From: an uncultured Prevotella sp.
GTDB lineage: Bacteria > Bacteroidota > Bacteroidia > Bacteroidales > Bacteroidaceae
DNA length: 64,000 nucleotides
Assembly: GCF_937930345.1 (NCBI RefSeq)
Contig: NZ_CALGLB010000031.1
Direction: 5' to 3' (one strand)
Shown here: in pieces, positions 1-9,599 of the stretch
Position numbering within the stretch: the first letter of the stretch is position 1
How the letters are laid out: every line of letters begins with the position of its first letter
Program-made: the position numbers and the translations under genes
The notes under the pieces: generated by a model
What the model was told of the DNA's origin: nothing
Seen by the model: the letters and a program-made list of their open reading frames with translations, nothing else
The model's database searches: none

Positions 1-252
1 ATGCGCAATAAAAAATGGGAAAAAGATTTCTCACCTATAGATCCTGACGGCTGTAATGTTGATAAAATATATTCTAAGGCATACTTACATCATCTATTTA
101 AAGCTCAAGAACTGTTAGCCATGCAGATAGCGAGCATTCACAATTTAGCGTTCTATCTGCGTCTGGTAAAAGACGCACGCAAACATATTGAGGCCGGTGA
201 TTTCGTTAAATGGAAATCTTCAATTATAGACCAACTTGGCAACCGTATATAA
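1..252 (+). CDS. tgt: queuine tRNA-ribosyltransferase, C-terminal fragment (5' end lies upstream of the window)
   Basis: ORF is open at the window edge. The tail ...QIASIHNLAFYLRLVKDARKHIEAGDF... is the conserved Tgt C-terminus as I recognise it. Confidence 0.75.
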   Translation: MRNKKWEKDFSPIDPDGCNVDKIYSKAYLHHLFKAQELLAMQIASIHNLAFYLRLVKDARKHIEAGDFVKWKSSIIDQLGNRI

Positions 253-258
253 GATAAA

Positions 259-1488
259 ATGAAAATAAAGTATATCAAACGATTTAAGAAAGTATTAAAA
301 TTTTTTAGATGGATAAAAATCCATCTAAAATGGTTATTTGCATTATTTTCATGGCTACAGAAAAAACTATTCTGGGTAAAATATATAAATCCTTTCAGGC
401 ATTTAAAAATATTAGACTGGTATATTATTAAAAAATTTATCGGTACATATTTCTACTCTATTGCATTAATTATCTCAATCTCAATAGTTTTTGATATCAA
501 CGAAAACCTAGCAAAATTTACACAATATCATGCTCCGATTAAAGCTATTGTACTTGATTATTACATGAATTTTGTACCATATTTTGCTAACTTGTTCAGC
601 CCGTTATTCGTTTTTATTGCTGTTATTTTTTTCACGTCAAAATTAGCTGGGAATTCTGAAATAATTTCAATGCTTGCTGCCGGAGTTAGCTTTAAGCGCC
701 TTATGAGACCATATATGGTTTCTGCAGCAATAATTTCTATTATGACTTTCTTATTAGGAGCATACATAATTCCCAAAGGAACCATTATCAGACAAAATTT
801 TGAATCAATGTATAAAAATAAGAAAAAAATAACAGCAGCAGAAAATGTACAACTACAAGTAGGTAAAGGTGTAATTGCATACATCCAACATTATGATAAT
901 AATTTGAAGAAAGGATACGGTTTCTGTTTAGATAAATTTGAAAATAAAAAACTTGTGAGCCACTTAACTGCTGCGGAAATACAATATGACACGATATCTG
1001 ATACAAAATATCATTGGAAAATAAGTAATTGGAGAATACGCCAATTAAAAGGACTACGAGAAACAATAACCAGTGGTGCCATTAAAGATACTACAATAAT
1101 GATGGAGCCAACAGACTTGGTGTTTTCCAAAGGACAACAAGAAACATTTACAAGTCCACAGTTAAAGGAATATATAAGTAAACAAATTGACCGTGGCTCA
1201 AGTAATGTCGTACAATACGAAGTGGAATATCATAAACGAATTGCGACCTCATTTGCATCATTTATTCTTGCAACAATAGGACTTTCTTTGTCATCACGGA
1301 AACGTAAAGGTGGAATGGGAATGTATCTTGGCATTGGTCTGGCACTTAGCTTTACCTACATCATGCTACAAACTGTTTCAGCTACATTTGCGATTAATGC
1401 CAATACCCCACCTATATTGGCAGCATGGATTCCCAATATAATTTTCACAATAGTAGCATATTTCTGCTACCGTAAAGCACCCAATTAA
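259..1488 (+). CDS. LptF/LptG (YjgP/YjgQ) family LPS export permease
   Basis: 409-aa polytopic membrane ORF with an LKILDWYIIKKFIGTYF N-terminal signature and a large soluble loop between TM clusters. The true start may lie downstream of the annotated ATG. Confidence 0.7.
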   Translation: MKIKYIKRFKKVLKFFRWIKIHLKWLFALFSWLQKKLFWVKYINPFRHLKILDWYIIKKFIGTYFYSIALIISISIVFDINENLAKFTQYHAPIKAIVLDYYMNFVPYFANLFSPLFVFIAVIFFTSKLAGNSEIISMLAAGVSFKRLMRPYMVSAAIISIMTFLLGAYIIPKGTIIRQNFESMYKNKKKITAAENVQLQVGKGVIAYIQHYDNNLKKGYGFCLDKFENKKLVSHLTAAEIQYDTISDTKYHWKISNWRIRQLKGLRETITSGAIKDTTIMMEPTDLVFSKGQQETFTSPQLKEYISKQIDRGSSNVVQYEVEYHKRIATSFASFILATIGLSLSSRKRKGGMGMYLGIGLALSFTYIMLQTVSATFAINANTPPILAAWIPNIIFTIVAYFCYRKAPN

Positions 1489-1494
1489 ATTAAT

Positions 1495-2745
1495 ATGGAT
1501 TTCTATAATTTAGATTTAAGCGACAATACCCTTGACGCAATAGATGATATGAGGTGGACAACATGTACACCTATACAAGAAAAATGTATACCAGAAATAC
1601 TCGACGGAAAAGACGTGCTTGGCATAGCCCAAACAGGAACAGGCAAAACTGCAGCATATCTTCTCCCTATACTAAGCAGCCTTGACGAAGGAAACTTTCC
1701 GCAGGATTCTATAAATTGTGTCATTATGAGTCCGACTAGAGAGTTGGCACAGCAAATAGATCAAGCAATGCAAGGGTTTTCTTATTATATGCAAGACGTA
1801 AGCAGTGTTGCTGTATATGGAGGAAATGACGGAAACAGATATGAGCAAGAAAGCCGTAGTATGAAAATGGGGGCTGATATAATAATCGCCACACCTGGAC
1901 GCCTGATAAGCCATATTACAATGGGAAATGTAGACTTAAACAAGGTTTCATTTTTTGTACTTGACGAAGCGGACAGGATGCTTGACATGGGATTTTATGA
2001 TGACATATTATCCATAACGAAGCTATTGCCAGAAACATGTCAGACTATAATGTTTTCAGCAACAATGCCAATCAAAATTGAAGAATTGGCAAAAACAATA
2101 TTAAGAAAACCTACTATAATAAAATTAGCAGTCAATAAACCTGCTGAAAAGATAAAACAAGTTGCTTGTGTATGCCACGAAAATCAAAAGATTAGAGTTT
2201 TAAATGACATATTTAAAAAATATGGACAAGAACGCGTTATAATTTTTTCATGTTCTAAACTTAAAGTAAAAGATATCAACAAAAATTTAAGGTCGATAAA
2301 TGTCAATAGCGGAGAGATGCATTCAGACCTATCACAAAATGAAAGAGATGATGTAATGTATCTGTTTAAAAGTAGACAAATAGATGTACTCGTGGCAACT
2401 GACATCGTTGCTAGAGGCATTGATATAGACGACATATCAATTGTAATAAACTACGATGTACCACACGATGCAGAAGATTATGTTCATCGTATAGGACGAA
2501 CGGCAAGAGCTGATCACGAGGGAATGGCAATAACCCTTGTCAGAGGCAAAGAAATTTCAAACTTTATGCAAATTGAAAAGTTTCTAGGATATGAGGTCGA
2601 AAAAATGCCCTTACCAAAAGGAATTGGAAAAGCACCTGAATACAAAATAATTGAACATAAAGGAAAAAGTCATCACAAGAGGGGAGGAAAAACAACAAAG
2701 CACAGAAAAAACAGCAAAAAAATATCTAAATTGCAGCATAAGTAA
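1495..2745 (+). CDS. DEAD-box ATP-dependent RNA helicase with a basic C-terminal tail
   Basis: Motifs AQTGTGKT (Walker A), VLDEADRM (DEAD), SAT and HRIGRTAR, plus a lysine/arginine-rich tail. Confidence 0.9.
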   Translation: MDFYNLDLSDNTLDAIDDMRWTTCTPIQEKCIPEILDGKDVLGIAQTGTGKTAAYLLPILSSLDEGNFPQDSINCVIMSPTRELAQQIDQAMQGFSYYMQDVSSVAVYGGNDGNRYEQESRSMKMGADIIIATPGRLISHITMGNVDLNKVSFFVLDEADRMLDMGFYDDILSITKLLPETCQTIMFSATMPIKIEELAKTILRKPTIIKLAVNKPAEKIKQVACVCHENQKIRVLNDIFKKYGQERVIIFSCSKLKVKDINKNLRSINVNSGEMHSDLSQNERDDVMYLFKSRQIDVLVATDIVARGIDIDDISIVINYDVPHDAEDYVHRIGRTARADHEGMAITLVRGKEISNFMQIEKFLGYEVEKMPLPKGIGKAPEYKIIEHKGKSHHKRGGKTTKHRKNSKKISKLQHK

Positions 2746-3337
2746 TTACCGCATCATTTATTATAAAATAATATACATTTACCTCTTGATCACGAAAAAT
2801 ATTTTTAGCAGTTATTATCCCATTTGAATTATCACCATTTATGGATAATAACTGCATTTTTGTAAAAGTAAGATTATCACCAACAAATATTTTATAAAGA
2901 GTTTCTTTTGTACACCAATGAATTAGATATTCAATTAAAGAACATGCATGTTCATCTGTACGCATAAATTTGTCCTTTATCTTTAAAACCCTTTGGCTTA
3001 TGTACTCAATATCAACTGAAACAATCTTGCTTTTTGACACAATAATAACAGCGTAACCTTTTGTATGGCTAATACTTATATTTAATCCATTAGACAAATA
3101 CGGACGTCCGTCTTTTTCATGAAAAAGTGTCACTTCTTCATCAATAATTTCACGTATCAGCAATCGCACAGCTAAAATCTCACACCTTCTTTGTACCGAT
3201 TTATGAGAACTCTCAATTGAGTTACGCAAACAGTCAAGCCATGGATATAATATAAAAAAATCCTCATACGACTCATCAATCTTCCATAGCCCCAACAGGA
3301 CACCAGGCATAACATTATTCTTTAACAATAAGGGCAT
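2726..3337 (-). CDS. 4'-phosphopantetheinyl transferase superfamily protein
   Basis: Motifs GRPY, ISISHTKGY, VSVDIE and WCTKETLYK are typical of Sfp/EntD-type PPTases. Its 3' end overlaps the convergent helicase gene by 20 nt. Confidence 0.7.
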   Translation of the reverse strand: MPLLLKNNVMPGVLLGLWKIDESYEDFFILYPWLDCLRNSIESSHKSVQRRCEILAVRLLIREIIDEEVTLFHEKDGRPYLSNGLNISISHTKGYAVIIVSKSKIVSVDIEYISQRVLKIKDKFMRTDEHACSLIEYLIHWCTKETLYKIFVGDNLTFTKMQLLSINGDNSNGIITAKNIFRDQEVNVYYFIINDAVITYAAI

Positions 3338-3429
3338 ATTAAAACATTAATATATCAAACTGATTATAATAAATATATACCACAAATTATTAAAATTACA
3401 GAATAATAAATGGCATCATTAACAATATA

Positions 3430-3834
3430 CTAAAAAGGAAGATTGTTTTCACCATCTTTATTTTCGTTTGTCGTCTGATCTGAATTTTGTATATTCTCTT
3501 TTGCCGCTTTTGGAGTCAGCAACTCCATATTTTCTGCATATATTTCTGTAACATAATGCCTCTGACCTTTTGCATCATCGTAAGTACGATAATGTATACG
3601 ACCTTCGACATACAATTTATCACCTTTATGAACAAACTTCTCAACAATCTTCGCTAAGCCACGGTATAGAACAATATTATGCCAATCGGTTCTATCAGGC
3701 ACCTGTGTTCCGTTCTGTAAAACATATCCTCGCTCTGTTGTTGCTAAAGTCAATGTTGCAACAGCTTGATCGTGATCATAATAACGTACAACAGGATCCT
3801 TTCCTACATTTCCAATAAGCATTACTTTATTCAT
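3430..3834 (-). CDS. ssb: single-stranded DNA-binding protein
   Basis: MNKVMLIGNVGKDPVVRY OB-fold N-terminus and an acidic tail ending in LPF. Confidence 0.9.
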   Translation of the reverse strand: MNKVMLIGNVGKDPVVRYYDHDQAVATLTLATTERGYVLQNGTQVPDRTDWHNIVLYRGLAKIVEKFVHKGDKLYVEGRIHYRTYDDAKGQRHYVTEIYAENMELLTPKAAKENIQNSDQTTNENKDGENNLPF

Positions 3835-3838
3835 AACC

Positions 3839-4387
3839 CTATTTCCAAAGACCTAAATATTTGAATTTGAAGTTCTTTCCTTTAGCCGAAGGGAACTGAC
3901 TTCTACCATCAACGCGTCCACGAAGATGTTCAACAATTCTATTATAACAATCAAGACCAGACATCGCCTTACAACTTGCAACAAAATGTGTATCACGATA
4001 TTCGTGTTTACCAGTGATAGGCACCAATACTACACGTTTAAAATCAAGTGTACCCTCATACCATCCCGGTTTTTCTTCATTAAGCCTAGCAATTGTCGGA
4101 GAAACGGAATCGCGTTGTTCATCTGCTGAAATTATATTTGAGCGCAACGCTTTCTTCTGCTTAAAGTCAAGCATCGTAGCTGCTTCTGTTTTTATTATAA
4201 TAAAATAAACACGCGGTCTTATCTTATATCTTTTGGGATAATAAACGTCGCTGGCAACATATTCACGAATGTCATTCTCCAAATCAGGATTCATACCAAC
4301 TTCCTCGATTGAAGCCAAAAAGGCAATAGCATCATCAACATTATTTACTAATGTCTCTTTATCAAAATATCGTAAATATAAATTCAT
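3839..4387 (-). CDS. hypothetical protein, co-directional with ssb
   Basis: 182-aa ORF separated from the ssb start by 4 nt. Composition looks coding; no domain recognised. Confidence 0.5.
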   Translation of the reverse strand: MNLYLRYFDKETLVNNVDDAIAFLASIEEVGMNPDLENDIREYVASDVYYPKRYKIRPRVYFIIIKTEAATMLDFKQKKALRSNIISADEQRDSVSPTIARLNEEKPGWYEGTLDFKRVVLVPITGKHEYRDTHFVASCKAMSGLDCYNRIVEHLRGRVDGRSQFPSAKGKNFKFKYLGLWK

Positions 4388-4414
4388 GATTGATTGTATT
4401 TTTCTTTTTTAATG

Positions 4415-4487
<73 letters not shown>

Positions 4488-4505
4488 AAAAAACAAAAAA
4501 AAGAA

Positions 4506-4592
4506 TGGTGAAGAGGAGGAGACTCGAACTCCCACGAAACAATTTTCACTACCCCCTCAAAGTAGCGCGTCTACCAATTCCGCCACCTCTCC
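4506..4592 (-). tRNA. tRNA-Leu (anticodon GAG), long variable arm, CCA encoded
   Basis: Reverse complement GGAGAGGTGGCGGAATTGGTAGACGCGCTACTTTGAGGGGGTAG...CCTCTTCACCA. The anticodon loop is TTGAGGG. Confidence 0.85.
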
Positions 4593-4618
4593 ATCATAAA
4601 ATCATTCTGAATAAATCG

Positions 4619-4700
4619 TGCCCAGAACAGGACTCGAACCTGCACGTCGTGAAACACACGCACCTGAAACGTGCGCGTCTACCAATTCCGCCACCTGGGC
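4619..4700 (-). tRNA. tRNA-Leu (anticodon CAG), long variable arm
   Basis: Reverse complement GCCCAGGTGGCGGAATTGGTAGACGCGCACGTTTCAGGTGCGTG...TCTGGGCA. The anticodon loop is TTCAGGT. Confidence 0.85.
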
Positions 4701-4744
4701 ATTAAACATTAAGTAATCCTCAATGTGTATATTCAGAATGTAAG

Positions 4745-4817
<73 letters not shown>

Positions 4818-4855
4818 CTGTTCCTTTTCACAGGAGCATTTCTCTAAATGCGGTG

Positions 4856-4886
4856 CAAAGATACGGCTTTTTTTTCAACCTGCAAA
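4856..4886 (-). promoter_or_regulatory. Bacteroidetes-type promoter for the Gly-Leu-Leu-Gly tRNA operon
   Basis: On the minus strand there is a TTTG (-33-like) box, then about 20 nt, then TATCTTTG (TAnnTTTG -7 box). It lies about 40 nt upstream of the first tRNA. Confidence 0.5.
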
Positions 4887-4924
4887 TTTTTTGAGAGTTT
4901 TTTTTTGAAAAATCGAAAAAAACT

Positions 4925-6100
4925 TCAATCCATACGATTTAGATAATCTTCAAATGTAAATTTCTTCAACACCTCAAACTTTCCGTCAAGATGCACAAAC
5001 GCAATAGACGGATGCGCAATACCATTAAACATATTCGTTTTTACTGTAGTATAGTGCAACATATCTTCAAATATCACATTATCGCCATTTTTCAATTCAT
5101 TGGGAAACTTCCAATACCCTAAAAAATCCCCCGACAAACAACTGTTTCCACCTAACCTATAAACATGTGCATCATTATCTAAACAGTCCACATTTGCATT
5201 ATCGACTATTTTTGCTCCTCTTACCGCCGGAATATAAGGCATTTCAAGACAATCTGGCATATGACAAGTAAAACTGACATTCAAAATCGCAGTCTTGACA
5301 CCATGATCTTCAACAATATCCACGACTTGTGAAACTAAAGTTCCGGTCTGCCAGCCAAATGCACTTCCTGGTTCTAAAATCACTTTCAAAGACGGATAAT
5401 CATCATGAAATTTATTTAAAATATTTATCAAAAGATCTATATCATAATCTTCACGTGTCACCAAATGTCCTCCTCCAAAATTAATCCACTCTATTTGTCC
5501 AAACCATTTAGAAAACTTTTTTTCTATATGGTATAACGTACGTTCAAATACATCGGATCCACTTTCACAATGACAATGACAATGAAAACCTTTTATATCA
5601 CAAGGAAGAATGTCTGGCAACTTGTCTGCCGTTATACCAAAGCGGGTACCGGGTGAGCATGGATTATACAAATCCGTTTCTATCTCAGAATATTCCGGGT
5701 TAATACGGAGGCCAAAACTCAAATCTGGGTTTACGCTTCTTGCCGCAAGCCTATGGTTTGCATACTGCGACAAAGAGTTAAACGTCAAATGACTTGAACA
5801 TCTGGCTATTTCTCTAATTTCATAGTCTGTGTATGCAGGTGAATAAGTATGTGCCTTACTACCAAATTTATCATAGGCAAGACGTGCTTCATACAAAGAA
5901 CTTGCCGTAGTGGAATTTATATATTCTTTAAAAACAGGAAACGTTTTCCATAAAGCATAAGCCTTAAACGCAAGTATTATCTCTACACATGCTTTATCAG
6001 CTATACTTTTTATCAGTTCCAAATTGCGACGTAAGCGCTTTTCTTCTAAAATATAATAAGGTGTTTTTAATCCCTCAAATGTATTCAAATCAAATGTCAT
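4925..6100 (-). CDS. nspC: carboxynorspermidine decarboxylase
   Basis: Sequence from MTFDLNTFEGLKTPYYILEEKRLRRNLELI... through GGGH and CHMPDC-type motifs matches the NspC/CANSDC family. I place the start at the internal ATG (6098-6100) rather than the 441-aa ORF start. Confidence 0.8.
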   Translation of the reverse strand: MTFDLNTFEGLKTPYYILEEKRLRRNLELIKSIADKACVEIILAFKAYALWKTFPVFKEYINSTTASSLYEARLAYDKFGSKAHTYSPAYTDYEIREIARCSSHLTFNSLSQYANHRLAARSVNPDLSFGLRINPEYSEIETDLYNPCSPGTRFGITADKLPDILPCDIKGFHCHCHCESGSDVFERTLYHIEKKFSKWFGQIEWINFGGGHLVTREDYDIDLLINILNKFHDDYPSLKVILEPGSAFGWQTGTLVSQVVDIVEDHGVKTAILNVSFTCHMPDCLEMPYIPAVRGAKIVDNANVDCLDNDAHVYRLGGNSCLSGDFLGYWKFPNELKNGDNVIFEDMLHYTTVKTNMFNGIAHPSIAFVHLDGKFEVLKKFTFEDYLNRMD

Positions 6101-6712
6101 TAGTATAATTATAAATGTAAATACAGTATTTATATGCAAACTTACACATTTTTTCATTATTACAATAATTTGGAACAAAGATTTCATACGTTTTCCACAT
6201 AGCGAGACTATAAAAACATCACGATAACCAAAATTTACATATAACTCCATTAATATTCACACAAAAGATTCTGAAATTTTACATACTACAACACCTACAT
6301 ACACAATTTTATTTATCAGCAATCTATGCAGTTCTATTTTGCAAAATTAACAATACCGACTGACTGTAAAATTTCCACAAAACAATTCAACAAGAAATCA
6401 CCAAAGGACAACAGTTATCACATAGAATGCCACACATTCATAACATGCCACATATCAGCAAGAAGAAGCATATCATTTGCGGCCTAAAAGGCAAGCTTTT
6501 GCAATACAAAACAGCATATATTATAAAGCACTGAAAATCAATCTCTTACCAAAGCCCTCAAAAGAAATATACAAGAAAATATATTTCACATAACTTTAAA
6601 AGTAAAATATACAAGACATCATCTAATAAATACATTCTTCATTTTTATTGCATATAGATTGTCCATTTGGCTTTTTTTTTATACATTTGCATTTGAAATA
6701 AAGAAATAAACG

Positions 6713-7321
6713 ATGAAACTCGTTATAATGACCCAACCTACATTTTTTGTAGAAGAAGATAAGATTCTGACCACCCTTTTCGATGAAGGCATGGACAATC
6801 TGCATCTTTTTAAGCCCGGAGCATCACCAATGTATTCGGAACGCTTGCTTTCACTTTTACCTGAGACATTTTATAATAAAATAACCGTACATGACCATTA
6901 TTATTTAAAAAATGAATATGGACTGGCGGGTATACATATTGATGACAAAGAAAAAACTACCCCAAAAGATTATAAAGGTAAATTTAGCAGGACATGTACT
7001 TGCGTAAATGACCTTAACGATATGAAGAAAAAGGCTGAATATATTTTTCTATATAATATTTTCGATGTGCAAGATGAAAACGCGACAAACCGCCTTATTG
7101 CGCATAATGAGCTTGAAACTGCAGCAAAAAAAGGACTGATTGACAAACATGTATATGCGTTTGGAGGCGTAAGTTTAGAAAATATAAAGACAGCAAAAGA
7201 GCTAGGTTTTGGAGGAGTTGTTGTTTGTGAAGACTTGTGGAACAAATTCGACATTCACAATGAATTAGACTTTAAAGACCTCATAAATCATTTCGAAAAA
7301 TTAAAAAAAGCTGTATCATAA
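6713..7321 (+). CDS. thiamine-phosphate synthase (ThiE)-like TIM-barrel protein
   Basis: 202 aa with ...GLAGIHIDD... and a C-terminal ...AFGGVSLENIKTAKELGFGGVVV... phosphate-binding pattern typical of ThiE-like proteins. The assignment is tentative. Confidence 0.5.
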   Translation: MKLVIMTQPTFFVEEDKILTTLFDEGMDNLHLFKPGASPMYSERLLSLLPETFYNKITVHDHYYLKNEYGLAGIHIDDKEKTTPKDYKGKFSRTCTCVNDLNDMKKKAEYIFLYNIFDVQDENATNRLIAHNELETAAKKGLIDKHVYAFGGVSLENIKTAKELGFGGVVVCEDLWNKFDIHNELDFKDLINHFEKLKKAVS

Positions 7322-7347
7322 AATTAAATCATAAAACAAAAAGACAA

Positions 7348-8286
7348 ATGAGTGCCAAAAACTCTTTTATGGTATTTTCTGGTACAAACACCAGATACCT
7401 GGCAGAAAAAATATGCCAAAGTCTTGATTGTCCGCTCGGCAATCTTCTTATTACAAAATTCTCGGATGGAGAATTTGCCGTATCGTACGAAGAATCTATA
7501 CGTGGACGTGATGTGTTCTTAGTACAAAGTACATTCCCAAATTCAGACAATCTTATGGAATTGTTGCTGATGATTGACGCAGCGAAACGTGCTTCCGCAA
7601 AAAGTATTAATGCCGTTATTCCATATTTCGGTTGGGCGCGCCAAGACAGAAAAGACAAACCGCGAGTAAGCATTGGGGCAAAACTCGTGGCAGACCTTTT
7701 AAGAGTTGCCGGAATAGACCGACTAATAACAATGGATCTCCATGCGGACCAAATACAAGGTTTTTTTGATGTCCCTGTCGATCATTTATATGCATCTGGA
7801 GTTATATTACCGTACCTTCAAAGTCTTAAACTTAAAGACATGGTAATCGCTTCACCTGACGTAGGCGGAAGCAAAAGAGCAAACACCTATGCAAAATATC
7901 TTGGATGCCCACTTGTATTATGCAACAAAACACGTGCAAGGGCAAATGTTGTTGAAAGCATGCAAATCATTGGTGACGTAAAAGACAAAAATGTAATTAT
8001 CATTGATGATATGGTTGATACTGCCGGCACAATAACAAAGGCTGCTGACATAATGAAAAAGGCAGGAGCTAAAAGTGTCAGAGCATGTGCATCACATTGT
8101 GTAATGAGTGGGCCGGCAAGCGAAAGAGTGCAAAACTCAGCACTTGAAGAAATCGTTTTCACTGACTCTATACCCTACTCTAGCAGATGTGCAAAAGTTA
8201 AACAACTTTCAGTTGCCGACATGTTTGCCGAAACAATTAGAAGAGTCGTAAATAACGAGAGTATCAGTTCACAATATTTAGTTTAA
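7348..8286 (+). CDS. prs: ribose-phosphate pyrophosphokinase
   Basis: Full-length match to the Prs pattern: FSGTNTRYLAEKI, DLHADQIQGFFDVPVDHL and the PRPP loop VIIIDDMVDTAGT. Confidence 0.9.
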   Translation: MSAKNSFMVFSGTNTRYLAEKICQSLDCPLGNLLITKFSDGEFAVSYEESIRGRDVFLVQSTFPNSDNLMELLLMIDAAKRASAKSINAVIPYFGWARQDRKDKPRVSIGAKLVADLLRVAGIDRLITMDLHADQIQGFFDVPVDHLYASGVILPYLQSLKLKDMVIASPDVGGSKRANTYAKYLGCPLVLCNKTRARANVVESMQIIGDVKDKNVIIIDDMVDTAGTITKAADIMKKAGAKSVRACASHCVMSGPASERVQNSALEEIVFTDSIPYSSRCAKVKQLSVADMFAETIRRVVNNESISSQYLV

Positions 8287-8293
8287 AAATAAT

Positions 8294-8863
8294 ATGAAAA
8301 AATTTCGCACAATAATTTATGCGATAATATCATCTATGTTTTTAATAGCGTGCCATTCACAAAAAAATGGCACGCCTCAAAAACATAACGCAGCTAATGA
8401 ATCTGAATCAGAAGAACTGTATGGGACAAATGCGAATTCAGAACAAATAAGTTTTGTCATGAATGACATAAACGGGAATCCCGTATCTGTTAAAGACGAA
8501 TTCCCTAAACACAAAATAACTATTATAGACTTTTGGGCAAGCTGGTGTGGTCCATGCAGACAAGAAATGCCCAATTTGGTAAATACATACAATAAATATA
8601 AAGAACAAGGATTAGGTATAATAGGGATATCACTCGACGAGAATGATTCCCAATGGAAAAATGCAATAAAAGAAATGGATATGTCATGGCTTCAGCTATC
8701 CGATTTACAAGGTTGGGATAATAGTGCAGCACAAATGTACGGGATACAATCAATACCATTTACTATAATTGTAGACAAAAATGGGACCATAATAAATGCA
8801 GGTTTGAGAGGAGAAAGTCTTGAAAACTTCATATATAGTTATTTAAACGACCTCAATAAATGA
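8294..8863 (+). CDS. TlpA/redoxin-family thiol:disulfide oxidoreductase lipoprotein
   Basis: Signal peptide with lipobox LIAC, and the thioredoxin motif WASWCGPC. Confidence 0.75.
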   Translation: MKKFRTIIYAIISSMFLIACHSQKNGTPQKHNAANESESEELYGTNANSEQISFVMNDINGNPVSVKDEFPKHKITIIDFWASWCGPCRQEMPNLVNTYNKYKEQGLGIIGISLDENDSQWKNAIKEMDMSWLQLSDLQGWDNSAAQMYGIQSIPFTIIVDKNGTIINAGLRGESLENFIYSYLNDLNK

Positions 8864-9179
8864 TAATTAAACAAATCTCATCTAAACGACACATAAACAT
8901 AGACTATTTTAACTTTAACTATACATTAAAAATCATACTTGCTGAAAAGGACAGGTTCATCTGGCAACTTCTATAAATTTTAGCTCATAAAAAACAATAT
9001 TTTAGGAAAACGAACAACAAAATTTATCTAATAAAAATCAGCATATTTTTCTATAATAGTACGATTTAATACACATTCTTTATTAGATATTTTCCCATCA
9101 TATCCCTAACGCAATGTGCCATGAAATCACCCTCAAAAACTTTTTTTTGAAAAAAAGCGAAAAAATAATAGCAAAAAAA

Positions 9180-9211
9180 TTTGCACGATTAAATATAAAT
9201 GACTACCTTTG
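9180..9211 (+). promoter_or_regulatory. Bacteroidetes-type promoter for the tRNA-Ser/tRNA-Glu pair
   Basis: TTTG at 9180-9183 and TACCTTTG (TAnnTTTG) at 9204-9211. It shares the CTTTGCACCGCATTTA core with the promoter at 4856-4886. Confidence 0.5.
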
Positions 9212-9254
9212 CACCGCATTTAAGCGAAAATGCTTCGGTACAATAGACCGGAAA

Positions 9255-9342
9255 GGAAGTTTGGGTGAGTGGCTGAAACCAGCAGTTTGCTAAACTGCCG
9301 TACGAGTTTATCGTACCGGGGGTTCGAATCCCCCAGCTTCCG
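9255..9342 (+). tRNA. tRNA-Ser (anticodon GCT)
   Basis: Acceptor GGAAGTT pairs with AGCTTCC. Anticodon arm GCAGT-TTGCTAA-ACTGC, long variable arm, GGTTCGAATCC T-loop. Confidence 0.9.
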
Positions 9343-9352
9343 CATCAGTTTT

Positions 9353-9424
9353 GGTGGATTCATCTAATGGTTAGGATACAAGATTCTCAATCTTGGCATA
9401 GGGGTTCGATTCCCCTATCCACTA
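9353..9424 (+). tRNA. tRNA-Glu (anticodon CTC)
   Basis: Anticodon arm CAAGA-TTCTCAA-TCTTG, 4-nt variable loop, T-arm AGGGG-TTCGATT-CCCCT. The acceptor stem has a G1-U72 wobble. Confidence 0.75.
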
Positions 9425-9429
9425 CAAAA

Positions 9430-9475
9430 GAGGGCATATCAAATTTCGATATATTTGATGCGCCCTCTTTTTCAT
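9430..9475 (+). terminator. rho-independent terminator after tRNA-Glu
   Basis: Long hairpin: GAGGGC..ATCAAAT pairs with ATTTGAT..GCCCTC. A TTTTT run follows. Confidence 0.6.
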
Positions 9476-9599
9476 TTTGTGAGGTATATAAATTCCTTGA
9501 GCAGCCATGTTTTGAGAGTTTCCCTCAAATCTTTGATTTTTCGCATATAAAATCATAATAACACGCATGATTTGGCTTCGTTTTGGCCAATATACTCCA

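Noticed and set aside
2726-2745. 20-nt overlap of the convergent helicase and PPTase genes as a regulatory feature
   Set aside because: Short 3'-3' overlaps are common in compact genomes, and no additional structure is visible.
6101-6250. 50-codon N-terminal extension of the nspC ORF
   Set aside because: The extension is hydrophobic and low-complexity and is absent from the family pattern. The conserved sequence begins at MTFDLNTF.
6251-6712. Possible TPP riboswitch upstream of the ThiE-like gene
   Set aside because: The 460-nt gap is CA-rich and AT-rich, and lacks the conserved CUGAGA / ACCUGAUCUGGAUAAUGCCAGCG-type elements of the THI box.
9367-9558. 63-aa ORF downstream of tRNA-Ser
   Set aside because: It starts inside tRNA-Glu and reads through the terminator hairpin, so it is spurious.
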